A DNA stretch of 64,000 nt, taken from Octopus bimaculoides (taxonomy: Eukaryota). The position numbers and the translations under genes were made by a program. The notes below the pieces were generated by a model. It had not been told where the DNA came from. It was given only the letters and a program-made list of their open reading frames with translations, and searched no databases. Within the stretch, counting starts at the first letter, position 1. Every line of letters starts with the position of its first letter. Location: assembly GCF_001194135.2 (NCBI RefSeq), contig NC_068984.1, positions 92,845,891 to 92,909,890 on the forward strand, in the 5' to 3' direction. Of this stretch, positions 1 through 12,959 are shown piece by piece.

Positions 1-99
1 AGTACCACTCCGCAAGGGGGAGTTAGGCATGTCAAAGGGGAACATTATACTTGGGTGGGTGGCAGGGAAGGGTGTGCTAAAGTAACATAATTAACATAC

Positions 100-205
100 T
101 AAATTTTATCTAGTGGACTAGAGCAATGTGAAATAAAGTGTCTTGCTCAAAGACATAATGCACCACTGGGAACTGAACTGATGACCTTACAACCATGAGC
201 TGAAA
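100..205 (-). mobile_element. tRNA-derived SINE fragment (probable)
   Basis: Reverse strand carries B-box-like GTTCAGTTCC followed by ...gcaagacactttatttcac, resembling a cephalopod SINE body; no second copy in the window to compare. Confidence 0.4.
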
Positions 206-249
206 ATAGGTTTTTTTCAAGGGTTCCATTCATTTTTTTTAGGTTCAGT

Positions 250-1720
250 ACCTCAAAATCCCTTCTTTTCACTTGGAAACTATGCCTGGAACTCTTTAAC
301 TTGTGAACTATGTCTTGATGAAACCCTTTCCCCTGCTCCTCACTCACATACCACAGACTTTCCTGAAAGAAATCCAAATGGACACATAGAAAATGAACAT
401 TAATGCTCATTTTATTCTAAGGCCTCCAGCATTTTTCCCACTATGTGTTAGTAGTTTGGATCCTTGTGATTACTCAAGAAGTTCTTCATCACATCTTTAA
501 GATAAATCCAGGCATCATTTTCAGAATCATTAAGAGAGTTTTTGAAATTTTCATCTTTGGTCCCACAAATACACTCTGTTCAACTTTGGCATCTGAGAGA
601 GCAGGAAACTTGCTATGCAAGTACTTGAAGCTCTATCCACTCTGTGGCAAAGCTTTTACGAATTCATTCATGAGGCCAAGTTTTATATGTAGAAGAGGAA
701 AAAGAACTTTGGATCAAAGGATATTCTTTGTTCCTGGTGTAGTGTATTCTTACTTGGCCATTCTCTTTTTAGACCTATGGCTCTACTCTCATTCACATAA
801 GAAGCAAGGAAACTTTGTGTAGCCTAACTATTGTCCAAGCAACATTCAAATTATTTTCAAGTTGCCACAAATTATCCAGTCGTGATCTTTGAATTTAATC
901 TTATGTAAGAACGACACCAAAGTTTCATGTTTCCTTCATGATCACTAAGTATCCCACAGGGATGGAAGCATATTTATTACCATTATGCAGTAGAACAACT
1001 TTAAGATATTTCTTTGAAAAGTCAAATAAATAGTCTCCATTCATAAGGGCCGTAACTTTTCCCAACTTTCTTATTTGTCCCAATGGATCTGTACGTTAAA
1101 CCAAATCATTTTCTTGAGCAAAATAATTTTTTTTCACAGTTACAATACCAACAAAATGATGTGTGATGAGCTAAAAGATTCTTGGAACTAAAAGCTCTGC
1201 TGATTCCTTTGCAAGTCCTAAGTACCTCACTTGATCATTTAATTTACTCTTATTGAATAGTTGAGGTTCTTCACCTTCACTGCTACTGAAGTCTTCATCA
1301 TCATTGCTATTTCTGTCTTCTGTCTCAGAACTCAAGTGTATGTCATCAAGGTTTTCTGGTGGTGATAGGACTAGAATGTCTAATTCATGGACAGCAGGTT
1401 GCAATGAAGATGGGAAATTTGGATTAACAATAATTTCCCCACCCTTCAAATTGTCCCTGCACCTTACATGAGCAAAAATAGCAGCCATCACTGACATTTT
1501 TAGGTTCTCTCCATATCATTAGGACCCCAAAACGAAAAGATTTCTTTGAACATTTTATCCATTGTCTTAATTTTTCAACAAAAATTAAATGGGCCTTATG
1601 AGGAGTCCATTTCTTATTTTCATTTCTTAATTTCACACCAAAGTAGGCATAGTAAGACATTTTGAAAGTTCAGTAATGTTTCTCTGATATTTTTTAGTCA
1701 AATGTAATGAATTTTACTCA
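250..1720 (-). mobile_element. Degenerate DNA-transposase relic, Chapaev3/CMC-like
   Basis: Frame-broken motifs in order: WTPHK, WREPKN..CYFC, LNDQVRYLGLAKESAELL, YTKFPCFLC, LHIKLGLM..FVKAL, VHFLCVHLDFF..VSEEQGKGFHQD. Multiple stops and frameshifts; superfamily assigned from recalled motif pattern. Confidence 0.6.
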
Positions 1721-2544
1721 GGCTTGCTCCACATCTAGAAGACTGCCTTACTTCAAATCATGAGGAGTTTGGTAAGGAAAAGGGAAGGGAACATTTTTAA
1801 CAACATATATTTGATTTACCATCTAAATATGGTATTAATACCATTAAAGAATCTGGAGAGGGAGTGTTATCTAATTTGCCAAAAGATACTTCTCCATATG
1901 TTTGCATTTCCTGAAAATTTCTGATCAACTGGGCAATGTGATTCTTAGCTCTAAGAATTCCACTGTGCTGCTCTCTGGATTGAGCAGCTGTATCATAGAC
2001 TTTAGACCCTTTCCATTGATTGTACATCAAGTAGCTTTATGGCTTTAGGGGATATAACTCTTCCTTTTTTTCTTTTTTCATTTCTTTCACTCTTCTGCTT
2101 TTTGCATTGACCTTCCTCTTGTTTTCTTTCATGATTTCTCTTGTTCTATTGTCCTGGTTTGTAACTTGTTTAGGCTATGTGTTCAGAACCCAAAGATTGC
2201 ATGGAGACACTAAGTATATTATTAAAACCTGCCTAGAAAACATCTCCAATGTATGAAACTATTAGTAGCTCACAACTATATACTGTGTATATTAAACAAT
2301 ATTTATTCATTAGATGGAATACTTTGTTGAAATTACCGTTATGGAAAAGTAAACTGTGTCTGGATTGGTGTGTGCATATGTGTGTGTGTGTATGTGTTTG
2401 TTTCATTTTTTTATCTTTCTTTCATTTTAGTTTGTTTTACCATACTCGCCCTCCACATACATACACATGCACACAGACAAATGTATATAATTTGAGATTG
2501 ACACCTCTTGATGCAGCTATCTTCATTCATGCATATTACATTCA

Positions 2545-5230
2545 GCTGAGAGCCACTCCAGCAGATCATGAAGAAGCTGGATGTCCTTCCTAATGCCAAC
2601 CACTTTACAGAGTGTACTGGGTGCTCTTATGCAGCACTGGCATAGGTGTGTTTACATGGTACTGCAAGGTTAGGAATGCTCAGCCAGAGAGGGATGCAGG
2701 AAACAACCTGTATGCAAGGACAACCACAATCTTACTTAGTTTGATGTGTCTTTTCAAGCACAACAAACTGCCAGGAGCCTTGGTCCCCTGTCATCTCATT
2801 GGTGAATCCCAACATCTGTAGATCCTTTCTCACCACTTCATCTCACATCTTCCTTGGTCTAACCCTTCCACATGTTCCCTCTACAATTTGAGATTGACAC
2901 CTATTGATGCAGCTATCTTCATTCATGCATATTACATGGCCATACCTGTACAGTCTTCTCTCTTGCATGCTATATCTGATGCCTCATATACCCAGTTTTT
3001 CTCTCAAGTCACTTAAACTTGGTCATATATGCACACTGATATTATCCATCCAGTGGGGCACACTGGCTTCATTTCTTCTGAGCCTTCGCATATCCTCAGT
3101 AGTCACAGGCCATGTAGTATAGCTGTTTATACACAAGCATCATACAATCTGCCTTTCACTTTCAGGGAGAGGCTCTTCATTACTAACAGAGGTAGTAGCT
3201 CTCTGAACTTTGCCCAGCCTATTCTTTTTCTAGCAGCTATGCTTTGAAAACAATCTTCCTCTCTACTAACTTGGTCACTTAAGTAATAGAAACAGTCTAC
3301 TACTTCTAAGGATCTCCACTGACATCTGAGGGAGTCTATTTTTTGTACATTCCTGGTGTTTAATGTACTTGCACATCTGACACATGTAAAGACTACTTTC
3401 TCTGTTAGTCTTCCAGTGGTGATATTACTACACCTTTTATGTATCCATAGCTTGCACTGAGTGCACCTTTTCTACATATTAAGCAGCACCATCTTCCTGA
3501 AGGGATCTGTAATTTGTCTGTCTTCCTGCTTATCAATACTTTGGTCTTTGCTAAATTAACTCTAAGGCCTTCTAATTCCAGTCCATGCTTCCTTACCTGA
3601 AATTTCTTCTCTAGTTCTAGTAGTGATTCAGCAATAAAAATAAGGTCATCGGTATAGGGGAGTTCCCAAGGGCAGTCAGTTTTAAATTCCTCAGTTATAG
3701 CTTGGAAGATCACAATAAACAAGAGGGGGACTCCTACATGTATGCTAAACTCCTTGCTATATTCATTGGTGACTCACACCTTACTAACATATCTAGTACA
3801 TGGCTGGTACAGCCCTCACTAACTACTCACCTATCCTTAGCTTTCGCATTGCCTACTAGATAAGGGAGTGGGGGACCTTGTCAAAGCTTTCTGCATGTTG
3901 ATAAAAGCCAAATACAGAGGCTTATTTTTGGCCAGGTATTTTTCCTGCAGTTGCCTCACCAGGAAGATAGCATTAGTGGTGTTCTACCTGACATAAATCC
4001 AAACTGCACCTTGACTAGACTAACCCTCTTCTTAATTAATTGGGCTATGACCTTTTCAGCAACTTTCATCACTTGGTCCAGCAATTTGATGCCTTTGTAA
4101 CTATTTCTGTCTAGGACATCACCCTTGCCTTTGTAGCAGCTGACTATAATGCTACTACACCAATCATTGGGTATGACTCCCTCATGGACAACCTGATTAA
4201 CTATATGGGTAACCTGGTCATATCCCACTCCACCAGATATTCTAAGCATCTTAGCAGTGACACATGATGGGCTGGCGGCCTTCCCTGTCTTTATATCCTC
4301 AATTGCTCTATCTAATAAGATACTATCAATTTAGATAACCAGCCCTTCTGTTGCATCAATTTTAGGTGGCTCTCCTTCTCTCATGCATTCTCTACATTTA
4401 GCAACCTTTCATAGTGGCACTTCCAGAAACCATCATCCTTGTGAACATATTTCTCTCCTATCACATCATGATTTTCTTTGACACACTGTCTTGCAATCTG
4501 AAACATTGGCAAACTTCCTCCTTTCTGTTTCTCCCCTGGTTAAGTATACCTGTCTTCTAGCTCCCCTCCTAGTTACCAGATATAGATATCTGCTATCGCC
4601 ATTCTTCCAGTCCTTCCAGGCCTGTTTCTTTGCTCTAATAGCCTTATCTGCAACATCATTCTACCACCACATCACCCTAGGTTTGGTTGGGACTTTGCAC
4701 CACCTGACTTGTTCTGTGGCACTCGGCAGGAACTCTCAGCTTCCCTCTATGCTATAAGTCTGTAGTTCCTCCTCCTTCTCATTAAATTTCTCAAGTAGGG
4801 TGTCCCTAAATTTCTGACCATTTAGATGATCCTTAAGCTTCCAAATCCTTCTTTTCCAGATTGGTCTGCTTCTTGGAATCTTTCTAGCCTGAAGTCTGAA
4901 GTCATTAATAACTAATCTATGCTGGGGGTACATTCTTCACCAGGGAAGGTCTTTGTATTTATTAGCAACCATGTATGATACTTTCTGGTGAGAATGTAAT
5001 CAATCTGGCTAGCATGGTCACCTGATTGATAGGCTTCCTGAAATTGATGTTGCAGGTAATTAGGTTATTTTGCATCACAGAACTCCAGTAGCCTTGTTCC
5101 CTCTTCCTTTCAGGAACCAACTCCATGGCCCCCATGTATACTATGGAAGATACCTGGCTGTTGCCCAACATGTCCATTAAAATCACCAGCCACGAAAATT
5201 AGGTCATTGTCATTTGTCTTTGAGGTAGCC
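2545..5230 (-). mobile_element. Degenerate RTE-clade LINE (APE endonuclease + RT + 3' end)
   Basis: EN motifs AGDFNGHVG, QHRLVINDF; RT motifs IPNDWCSSIIVSCYKGKGD...GIKLLDQVMK, QFGFMSGR, PYTDDL, GLRVNLAKTK; 3' tail repeat gctggatgtccttcctaatgccaac. Confidence 0.85.
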
Positions 5231-5235
5231 TGCAG

Positions 5236-5271
5236 GTGAATATCATACATATGCATGCATGCGCACGCACG

Positions 5272-5311
<40 letters not shown>

Positions 5312-5480
5312 ACACTCACATGCACACCACACACGCACCACACTCACATGCACACCACACACGCACCACACTCACATGCACACCACACACACATGCACAC
5401 CACACACTCTCTCTTACACACATACATTCATATTTACATTATGTATATTATATATACATGTGTGTATGTGTGTGCATGTA
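5236..5480. repeat. (CA)n microsatellite and derived CA-rich short tandem repeats
   Basis: (CA)n followed by repeated caccacactcacatgcac units. Confidence 0.9.
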
Positions 5481-5511
5481 TGCGTGTAATGTGATGATAG
5501 TTTTCAAATCG

Positions 5512-5687
5512 TTAACCCTTTAATCTTTTTTTTACCATATTTCTGTTGAAATGCTCTTTGTTCCTTTCAACTAATTTTAGATATAACAAAGAATTTAGTA
5601 AAATAACTTAGTTATCATGAAGCTAGTGTTAAGAACATACAACAGAGCCAGAGGTGGTTTCAACCAGGTTGGTATCAAAAGGGTTAT
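5512..5687. mobile_element. piggyBac-like MITE
   Basis: Termini TTAACCCTTT (5512) ... AAAGGGTTA(t) (5687), i.e. TTAA-CCC/GGG-TTAA type ends, ~175 bp, non-coding. Confidence 0.6.
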
Positions 5688-6020
5688 TCTTAACTAAAGT
5701 ATAAGTAGCCATTGAGCTAAGAACAAAGTATAGTTTTGAATTGTTAATTTAAAACTATGCAATATGAGTTTCTGTAAGAGCAAAATTAAAGACTATATCC
5801 CGGAATTAATGGTCATACTTTACAATTTCTATAAGCTTGAAGCTTCCATAAGCTTCCTCTGACTTGAAGTAGCTGTAATCAAATCATCTTAAAAAAAGAT
5901 AGATTTCTGAAAACAAATTGAGAAGTCATAAAACCATATTTTTGTTGAAGTCAAATTTTAAAATGAAGAATGTAAAATAAAGATGCAAAAATATTTTATT
6001 ATTTTCTTTTCACTAGTAAA

Positions 6021-6346
6021 TCATGCTCTAGAAATAATTTTTTGAAGAGACCTGATAAGTTGGTCAGTTACTATCTGCCGTTGACCTTTTATTGATGGTT
6101 GCATACATTCTTTGATAAGATCACCTAAAAACCACTTTTGCTCAATGTTCCAAGGTATGTGATGTAAGAGACCATATGTAGTAGCACCAGAGTATGCATA
6201 CTTAGATAGCAGGCTGCGACAAACACCATAATAATTATGGTCTGCATCTAAATGCAAACATAACTGTTTGTCAGAGAAACTAATGCAATCTGAATCACAT
6301 TCATCATAGACACTCTCTGCTAGTTGGTTCCATCCAGGGGGTTTTA
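6021..6346 (-). CDS. DIPK2A: DIPK2A-like terminal coding exon 4
   Basis: (L)KPPGWNQLAESVYDECDSDCISFSDKQLCLHLDADHNYYGVCRSLLS...GLLH...LIKEC...SRA*; acceptor ccag|TA completes the phase-1 codon TTA; TGA at 6023-6021. Exon sum 588+123+178+326=1215 nt, in frame. Confidence 0.93.
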
Positions 6347-7444
6347 CTGGAACAACAAAAATACCAAATTCACAAAAAGTACAAATCACTAGTTTTGAAG
6401 ATGAGGAACAATAATTATATGGAAATAATTTATAACTGAAAAGACAAATTCAAATGGAGAAATAGCAGAATAACTGGTTGTGCCAGACCCTTGAGAACTA
6501 TCATAAATACAGATGACAGGAATTTAATGATTCAGAGACATAGGGCATTTTGCATCTTAATGACATTGTTTTAATTACAGAATCTTTTGAAGTTTAAAGG
6601 TAATAGAATGAGTCACAAAGGCTAAGGTAGCAGACACATCTACAGAGAAAGTTAGTTCACTATGCAGGAAAGGCACTAAGAATGTGAAATCAGTGAAAAT
6701 GAGATACTGTAGCTTTTAGTAGATTTAAGCTCTCATATTCATATAAGAGAAAGCTGTCAAAGCAAAGTGGATAATATGTGGGTAAATGAAAAATCTAAAA
6801 TCCAAGAAACCTGATGAGGGTCTACATTAGTTACAATGGTAATGGTTAATCCAAGCAAGTTTGTTGGGTGTCAATAAATTTGGTTGACATGACAAATGAA
6901 AAAAAAAAAAAAAAGAGAAAAACTTTTGCTTTGAGCTATAACACTTCATTGGAATGTAATGTTGAAGTAATACAAAATGGAAGTCCAAAAGGAATGTGAA
7001 TAAATTATTTAGAAAGAAGGAGGAGGAAAAGGTAATCACTATAAATTAGAGATGTGAGAAATAAGGGTAATAAAATGGGGTAAGGGATAAGGAAAAGAGC
7101 AAAGTGATTTGTGTGAGAGCTATTAGCCAGACAGTCAAGCCATTGATGTAGACATTGTAAGCTAACTGGGAGTCTTCAGAACTTAGTGTTGGCAAACTCT
7201 ACAGATAGAGAAAGAGGAGGAGGTGAGGTTAGAGGAAGTGAAATAGGAAGCTACAGGTTTCAGAAAACTCTGGATTTTATTTTAGATACAAAGGCGATGT
7301 TTCTGGAACCAATTACTCAGGTAGCAAGTGGTTTCACCTCTATACAAAGCATTACAGTAAAAGCATGTGATATAGCATACTAGATTAGCAGAGATGCAAT
7401 CAAAGTAGCCAGAACAGAGAACCTCTTGATTAGGCGGATATATT

Positions 7445-7835
7445 CTTTACTCTTTTACTTGTTTCAATTATTTGACTGCAGCCATGCTGGAGTGCCACCT
7501 TTAGTCGAATAAACCGCCCCCAGGACTTATTCTTTGTAAGCCTAGTACTTATTCTATTGGTCTCTTTTGCTGAACCACTAAGTTACTGGGATGTAAACAT
7601 ACCAACACCGGTTGTCAAGCAATGGTTGGGGAGAAACACAAACACACAAATACACACACACACACACACACATGCACATGAAGAACTTCTTTCAGTTTCT
7701 GTCTGCTGAATCCACTCACAAGACTTTGGTCAGCCCAAGGCTATAGAAGACACTTGACTAAGGTGCCATGCAGTGGGACTGAACCTGGAACCATGTGGTT
7801 AGGAAGCAAGCTTCTTACCACAGAGCCACTCCTGT
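7445..7835 (-). mobile_element. Octopus-type tRNA-derived SINE (family A), near full length
   Basis: Reverse complement of the copy at 55596-56002: ggagtggc..tgtggtaag head, central (CA/TG)n, ...gactgaaacaagtaaaagagta-like tail. Confidence 0.85.
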
Positions 7836-7849
7836 AGGTTTTTACTATA

Positions 7850-8280
7850 TTTAAAGGAGAGATATGGAAGTTGATGGAAAAGGGTGGAAGGTAGTGGCAG
7901 AGTTGAAGTGTGGAGGGTGATATAGTAGAGCAGAAGGGTAATAGAGTGGAAGATGGAAGGACTATTTTTTGTAGGTAGGCATGTATGGGGAAGAAGGTCA
8001 GTGATATGGTTAATAGCTTGGACTTGACTGCAGGATTAGGATACACCCAAGCAAACAGAAAGTGGTGCCTTTTGATTTGGTTTTAAAATCATAGTCACTG
8101 AAAGAAGGGGATGGTTTGTATAAAAAGGCAGAGAGTTAAGGTTGGTGATAGAAACAGATATCTGAGAAATTGCTGGAGGTATCCAAGATGTTGAAAGTGA
8201 ATTCCAGTGTAGAGTGGAGGACATTTGCAAAGAAAACAAAGGTGCGCAGGTCCTTGGTGAGTGAAATGGCATGAATATAA
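7850..8280 (-). mobile_element. Highly degenerate PLE/LINE RT fragment
   Basis: Peptide ...SQISVSITNLNSLPFYTNHPLLS loosely resembles the FLDISVSI..STSIHYK segment of the PLE at 39172-40014. Confidence 0.35.
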
Positions 8281-8697
8281 GGACTGAATAGATTAATGGT
8301 TGGTCCAGTTACTGAGCAAAAATTTGAGCCTCAAGATATGTTAGTTTAATTAGAAGTTATCTTTGTGCTGATGACCATTTCAGTAACCTAATGACAGAAC
8401 TCTCTTGTAAAAAAAAGAAGCAGTTTAATGTGAGAATGAGTTTAGTGAGGCAAGAACTTAAGGATTAAGATGACTAACTTGTCTTCACCATTATACAATA
8501 TGATACCATTGTATCCATTTTACTATGGCAATAAGGTGGAGGTTGCTTGGCTAAAGAGGAGGGAATGCAAATTAACTCATTAGTGTTGTGCTCATAATTT
8601 TTATACTACTTCCAGAAAGAGAAGTGGGGTGGAGAGAGTTCAGAATCAAAATGACAGTTTATGTTATTGAAAAAATGCTTGAATTTATAGAACTTAC

Positions 8698-8875
8698 ATT
8701 TTGCTAGCTCTAGTCTGTCAACCACAATGATATTCTCAACATCCACAATTTTCACCTGACCATTTGAGTTTACAGCTAAGTTGTCCATTTTTATATCAGT
8801 CCAATAAAGGGACCAACCATCAGAGCTGTTGGATAATTTCACTGCCATCATTAAAATTTGTAATGTTAGGTTGGC
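8698..8875 (-). CDS. DIPK2A: DIPK2A-like coding exon 3 (catalytic-loop and DFG-equivalent motifs)
   Basis: ANLTLQILMMAVKLSNSSDGWSLYWTDIKMDNLAVNSNGQVKIVDVENIIVVDRLELAK; acceptor ttcag|GCC, donor T|GTAAGT; 178 nt, phase 0/1. Confidence 0.93.
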
Positions 8876-11199
8876 CTGAAAAATATGGGGATACAAAATA
8901 AAATGGAATACAGAAATGAAATTAATTTGAGTGAACAAATATTATATATTCAAATTGATAATTCTTGTAGGAAATTTCGGAATCAAATTTACCTAGATTT
9001 AAAGATATTAAGTTACAGAAAATTGCGGAATAATAAAGATGGCAAATAGGAAAAAAAACAAAAGCAAGATAGCATCATGTTCATCATTTTGCATCCATTT
9101 TCCATACTGGGATAGGCTGGACAAATTGTTATGGTCTGAGTTGGTTCTTATTTGGAGTTAAGTCATACCACATGTTTCATTCACATAGTGGAAGGAACAG
9201 AGTGATAGGAGCAAGAGGGTGGTAGAGGAGGGAATAATAGAAGAGAGATGGCATGTATATGTCTGCTGGTAAGACTGAACAGAAACACAGCATGAACGGC
9301 ATGGTGAACGATGAGAGACTGAGAGGGCAGGATGGTAGAAGATGGAGTGAGAGAGATAGGTGAAGAGAGAGAATAATGTATGTTGTAAGCTGGAAATGTG
9401 TAGTGATGTATTTGTTTAGATCTGTGCAACTAGTAAGTTTTTCACAAAGAAGGGTTATGTGACCAATAATATTTTAACTGAACAAACCTGATTGACTGCT
9501 GATAGTAAATGCCAATACGTTTATGTGTGTGTACATTTGATTGCATATATACATGAAAGATAGAGACAGGAAAAGTGTGGCTGGAACTCTGCACCAGCCA
9601 AAGATTTGGTTTGTAGCCCTCAGCAGAGTGTATCATAGGAACTTCCAATTGCCCTCTATGCTATACTTCTCTATCTCCTTCTTCTTTGTCAAATGCCTTA
9701 AATAATATTTCTCTCTTTCTATCTCCCTCTCTATCCTTGCATACATATATTAACCAAAGTAAATTCAGCTGATCTTACCAATTGGTTTCCTACTAGATAT
9801 TAGGTAAGTGGGTGATTATCTAATAGCTGTGCTCTCATCAGAGGTGGCAAATAGGAAAAGAATGGTGACTGCTCTCTTTTACTGGAGGTGGAGAAGTGTC
9901 ATATCTGGTTTGTGGGTGCTGCGAAAAAGACAAAATGAAGTCACAGGAGTCAATTAAGCAAAATGTTTACTGCGAGTTATGTCTCTTGTCTCTCCCAAAC
10001 CAGAAAGACTGGTGTTTCATCAAAAATGTGATGGATTAACAAGTGTGTGGTGGGGCTGAAGGGGTCAAAATGTGTGTGTGTGAAGAGGATTTGGCAGGTG
10101 CTCATATCTTTAACCCCATGGGTGAGTGCATACGAGTATGTGTATGGGACCTCAGGATATGATAGAGGAAGGACCAATAGTAGAGGTCCTGGCATTTATA
10201 ATCATACTGGAGTTTGTAAGTAAGCCATCACATATCTTCTCTCATGACGTTTCACTCCAGACGTTTAGACAGGTATCTAAGAGTTTTTTAATAAAATATT
10301 TTTCTCAGCTAGGCATAGCCTGCACTTTCTGATACTGTTAAAATAAAGCATACCATATACTCCTCCAGGATTCTCAATTTCATGTTGTAATTTGTTGTAC
10401 TTTCTTTCAATGACTGTATAGGCCTAGCCAGGGCTGTAACATTGAGTCTCACCTGGGTATTTAGAAGATGACTAATGGTAATTACTCCAATTTCACATAT
10501 GATTAACATCTCTCTGAGCCTCTTCATTGTCAATGGCATTTCTGACATTCTATCTATGACCTCTCAGATAACTATTCAGTCCCACTGCAGATCTACATGA
10601 TTTGAAATATAGGTGACAGACTATAGATTGATTGGATCACTTTGTGAAATAAGACCCATGTGAATCACTATATGTCTCTTCAGTCATGAAATCAACTTGC
10701 AAACCCTTTCATACACTACACATGTTGAATCAATTAGTCTAGAAGGAAGAATGTTGCATACAGTTGATTTTTCATCAGACTTTAGATGGTTGACATACTC
10801 AACCTTGGAAAGGAGTACATGGCCACATGTGTCACATCATCAACATTTTATGTTCTCATTTGGATTTCTGAAGACAGTCCCTCTGAAGTCAGTATTTTAG
10901 GGTTTTGTGTACAAGGCAACCTTCTTCAAAAGTTTTACAAACTTTCCTTATGTGCTTCCTCCACTCAACTTTTCCAAAGCTAGTTCTTCCCTTCCAGTTC
11001 TTTACATTGATCTGCAGGTCCTTCAGGTTGCCTTTTATGTAGTCTTTGTATCATTTTGTGGTCTGTACTGAGGATGCATTCCCAAGCATAGCTCACCATA
11101 GAACAGCAGCTTTGGAATTTTATTATCTTCCATACACAGAACATAGTCTGTCCAATGTATCTGAATAGATATGATGAGTAACTAGATGCTTGCAAATTC

Positions 11200-12300
11200 T
11201 GTCTTTGCAAGGACTTCTGTGTCAGGTGTTTTAGTTTGTCCCTTAATATTAAGTATGTATCTCAAACATTTTTGGTGCATGTTCAAGCAGCTTCAGATGC
11301 CTAGGGTGTACTGTTGACGTTTCAGAAGAATACAACTGAGCTATTGATAGACATGCCTTGTAAATGCTCTACTTAGTCTCTTTAGTAATGCTGTAATTTG
11401 CCCAGATTCTCTTTTCAAGTTTCACAAATGCTACAGATGCTTTCTGAATGTGTAGATGTATTTTTGCATCTAGGGAGTCAACTCTTGACAACATGCTGCC
11501 AGCGTAAACAAAGATATCAGCTACATCCAATCTTGTACCATATACTACAATACCTGGCTCAATGTACAGTTCACCTGGTTCACGTGTGAACATTACCTTG
11601 GTTTTGTTTTTTTTCTGAATTATTTTAAATCCAAAGATGAAGTATCAAAACAAGTATATGAAATATCAAAACAATCCACAATGTGAGCCATGAAGTCAAC
11701 ATCTTTGTAAAGGAGTTTCCTGTTCAAAGTTTCAAATGTTTTTGAATTGATGCTGAACCTTCTCAAGTTGAAGACTCTTCCAGTAGTTCTGAACTGCAAG
11801 AGGACACCCTTATCACAGTCATGGAATGCATGTGTAAGCAGGGCAGCAAAGACTACCAAAAAGAGTGTGAGAGCAAGAATATCACTTTGGAGTTTCATGA
11901 AACAGTTTTCTGATAAAGGCAGTCCAAGCCTTTGTGTCTTTGTGCAACTGCTTAAACATACTGACAATCATTCCCAGGATTGTTCACAGTGCACCTCTGT
12001 TAACTGTATCAAAAGCTTTCAATAAGTAAAGACTTGATATAAAGATACCTGCATTTCTCTTGTATCTGTCTTGCAGAGAATATCATGTCAATTGTTCCTC
12101 TACCTGATCTAAAGCCACTTTATGATTCAGGGACGACTATAGGACAAATATCTTCCATCTGCTTATTCAACAAAAGTCTGGCAAGCACTTTGCCAATAGC
12201 TTCCAGGAGTGTGATGCCACAGTGCTAGTCACAAATTCCTTTTTCCTTTATACCCTCAAACAAAGACACTAAAATGTCATCACTCTAATCTTTTGGTATA
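11200..12300 (-). mobile_element. Degenerate RTE (BovB-like) LINE RT fragment
   Basis: VFNLRRF...KLLYKDVDF (LLYADD-like) and FVYAGSMLSR..LDAKIHLHIQKASVAFVKLEKRIW. Confidence 0.7.
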
Positions 12301-12728
12301 AGGGTTCCAGTTCAACACTTAGTGATGAGATTAAATACTACATGAGTAACTCTTTTGCTTCCAGCCTTCAGCAGTTCAACAACAAAATTATCTCAGTTAG
12401 GTACTTTACCAGTATTTAACTTTTTGAGAACCATTTTCACCTCATCATAAGATGGTAATTGATTCACTGTCAAATAAATCAATGAAGTGTTGTTGCCATT
12501 GCTGCAGGGCTTTTGCTGGTTCTTTGATAATAGTAGTGTTATCCTTGGACTCCAGAAGAACAAAAGTAGAGCTTACCGGGCCAAATGCTTCATGTAGAAA
12601 ACTTTAAAACATACTTTCTTACATACATACATAAATACATATCTTGCTTCAGGTGTTTGCTGTAACTCATCTTCAATAACTGAGTGCATTTTGAATGCAG
12701 TTATATCCATCAACAAGTGAATGTGTAG

Positions 12729-12801
12729 TGACGTCATCTTGAGAGTCTTCAGCACGCATGCGCAGGGCTGGAATCTTCTGGAAGGCCTTCTGGAAGTTTC
12801 C
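12729..12801. promoter_or_regulatory. Cluster of candidate TF sites: CRE, NRF1-like, two HSE triplets
   Basis: TGACGTCA 12729-12736; CGCATGCGCA 12755-12764; GAAtcTTCtgGAA 12771-12783; TTCtgGAAgtTTC 12788-12800. Motif match only. Confidence 0.4.
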
Positions 12802-12959
12802 TCATGTGCATGCATGGAAAACTGGCTTGAAAAAAGTTCCCTCACGTCCCTTGCGTCTCTGACTCGAGACGCAACCGCTGAACCTTGCAGACATGTTTTA
12901 TTAGCAGTTCGCCTACGCTCCTGTCCCAGACGCTTGGAATTTGATCAGCTCTGATTCTT

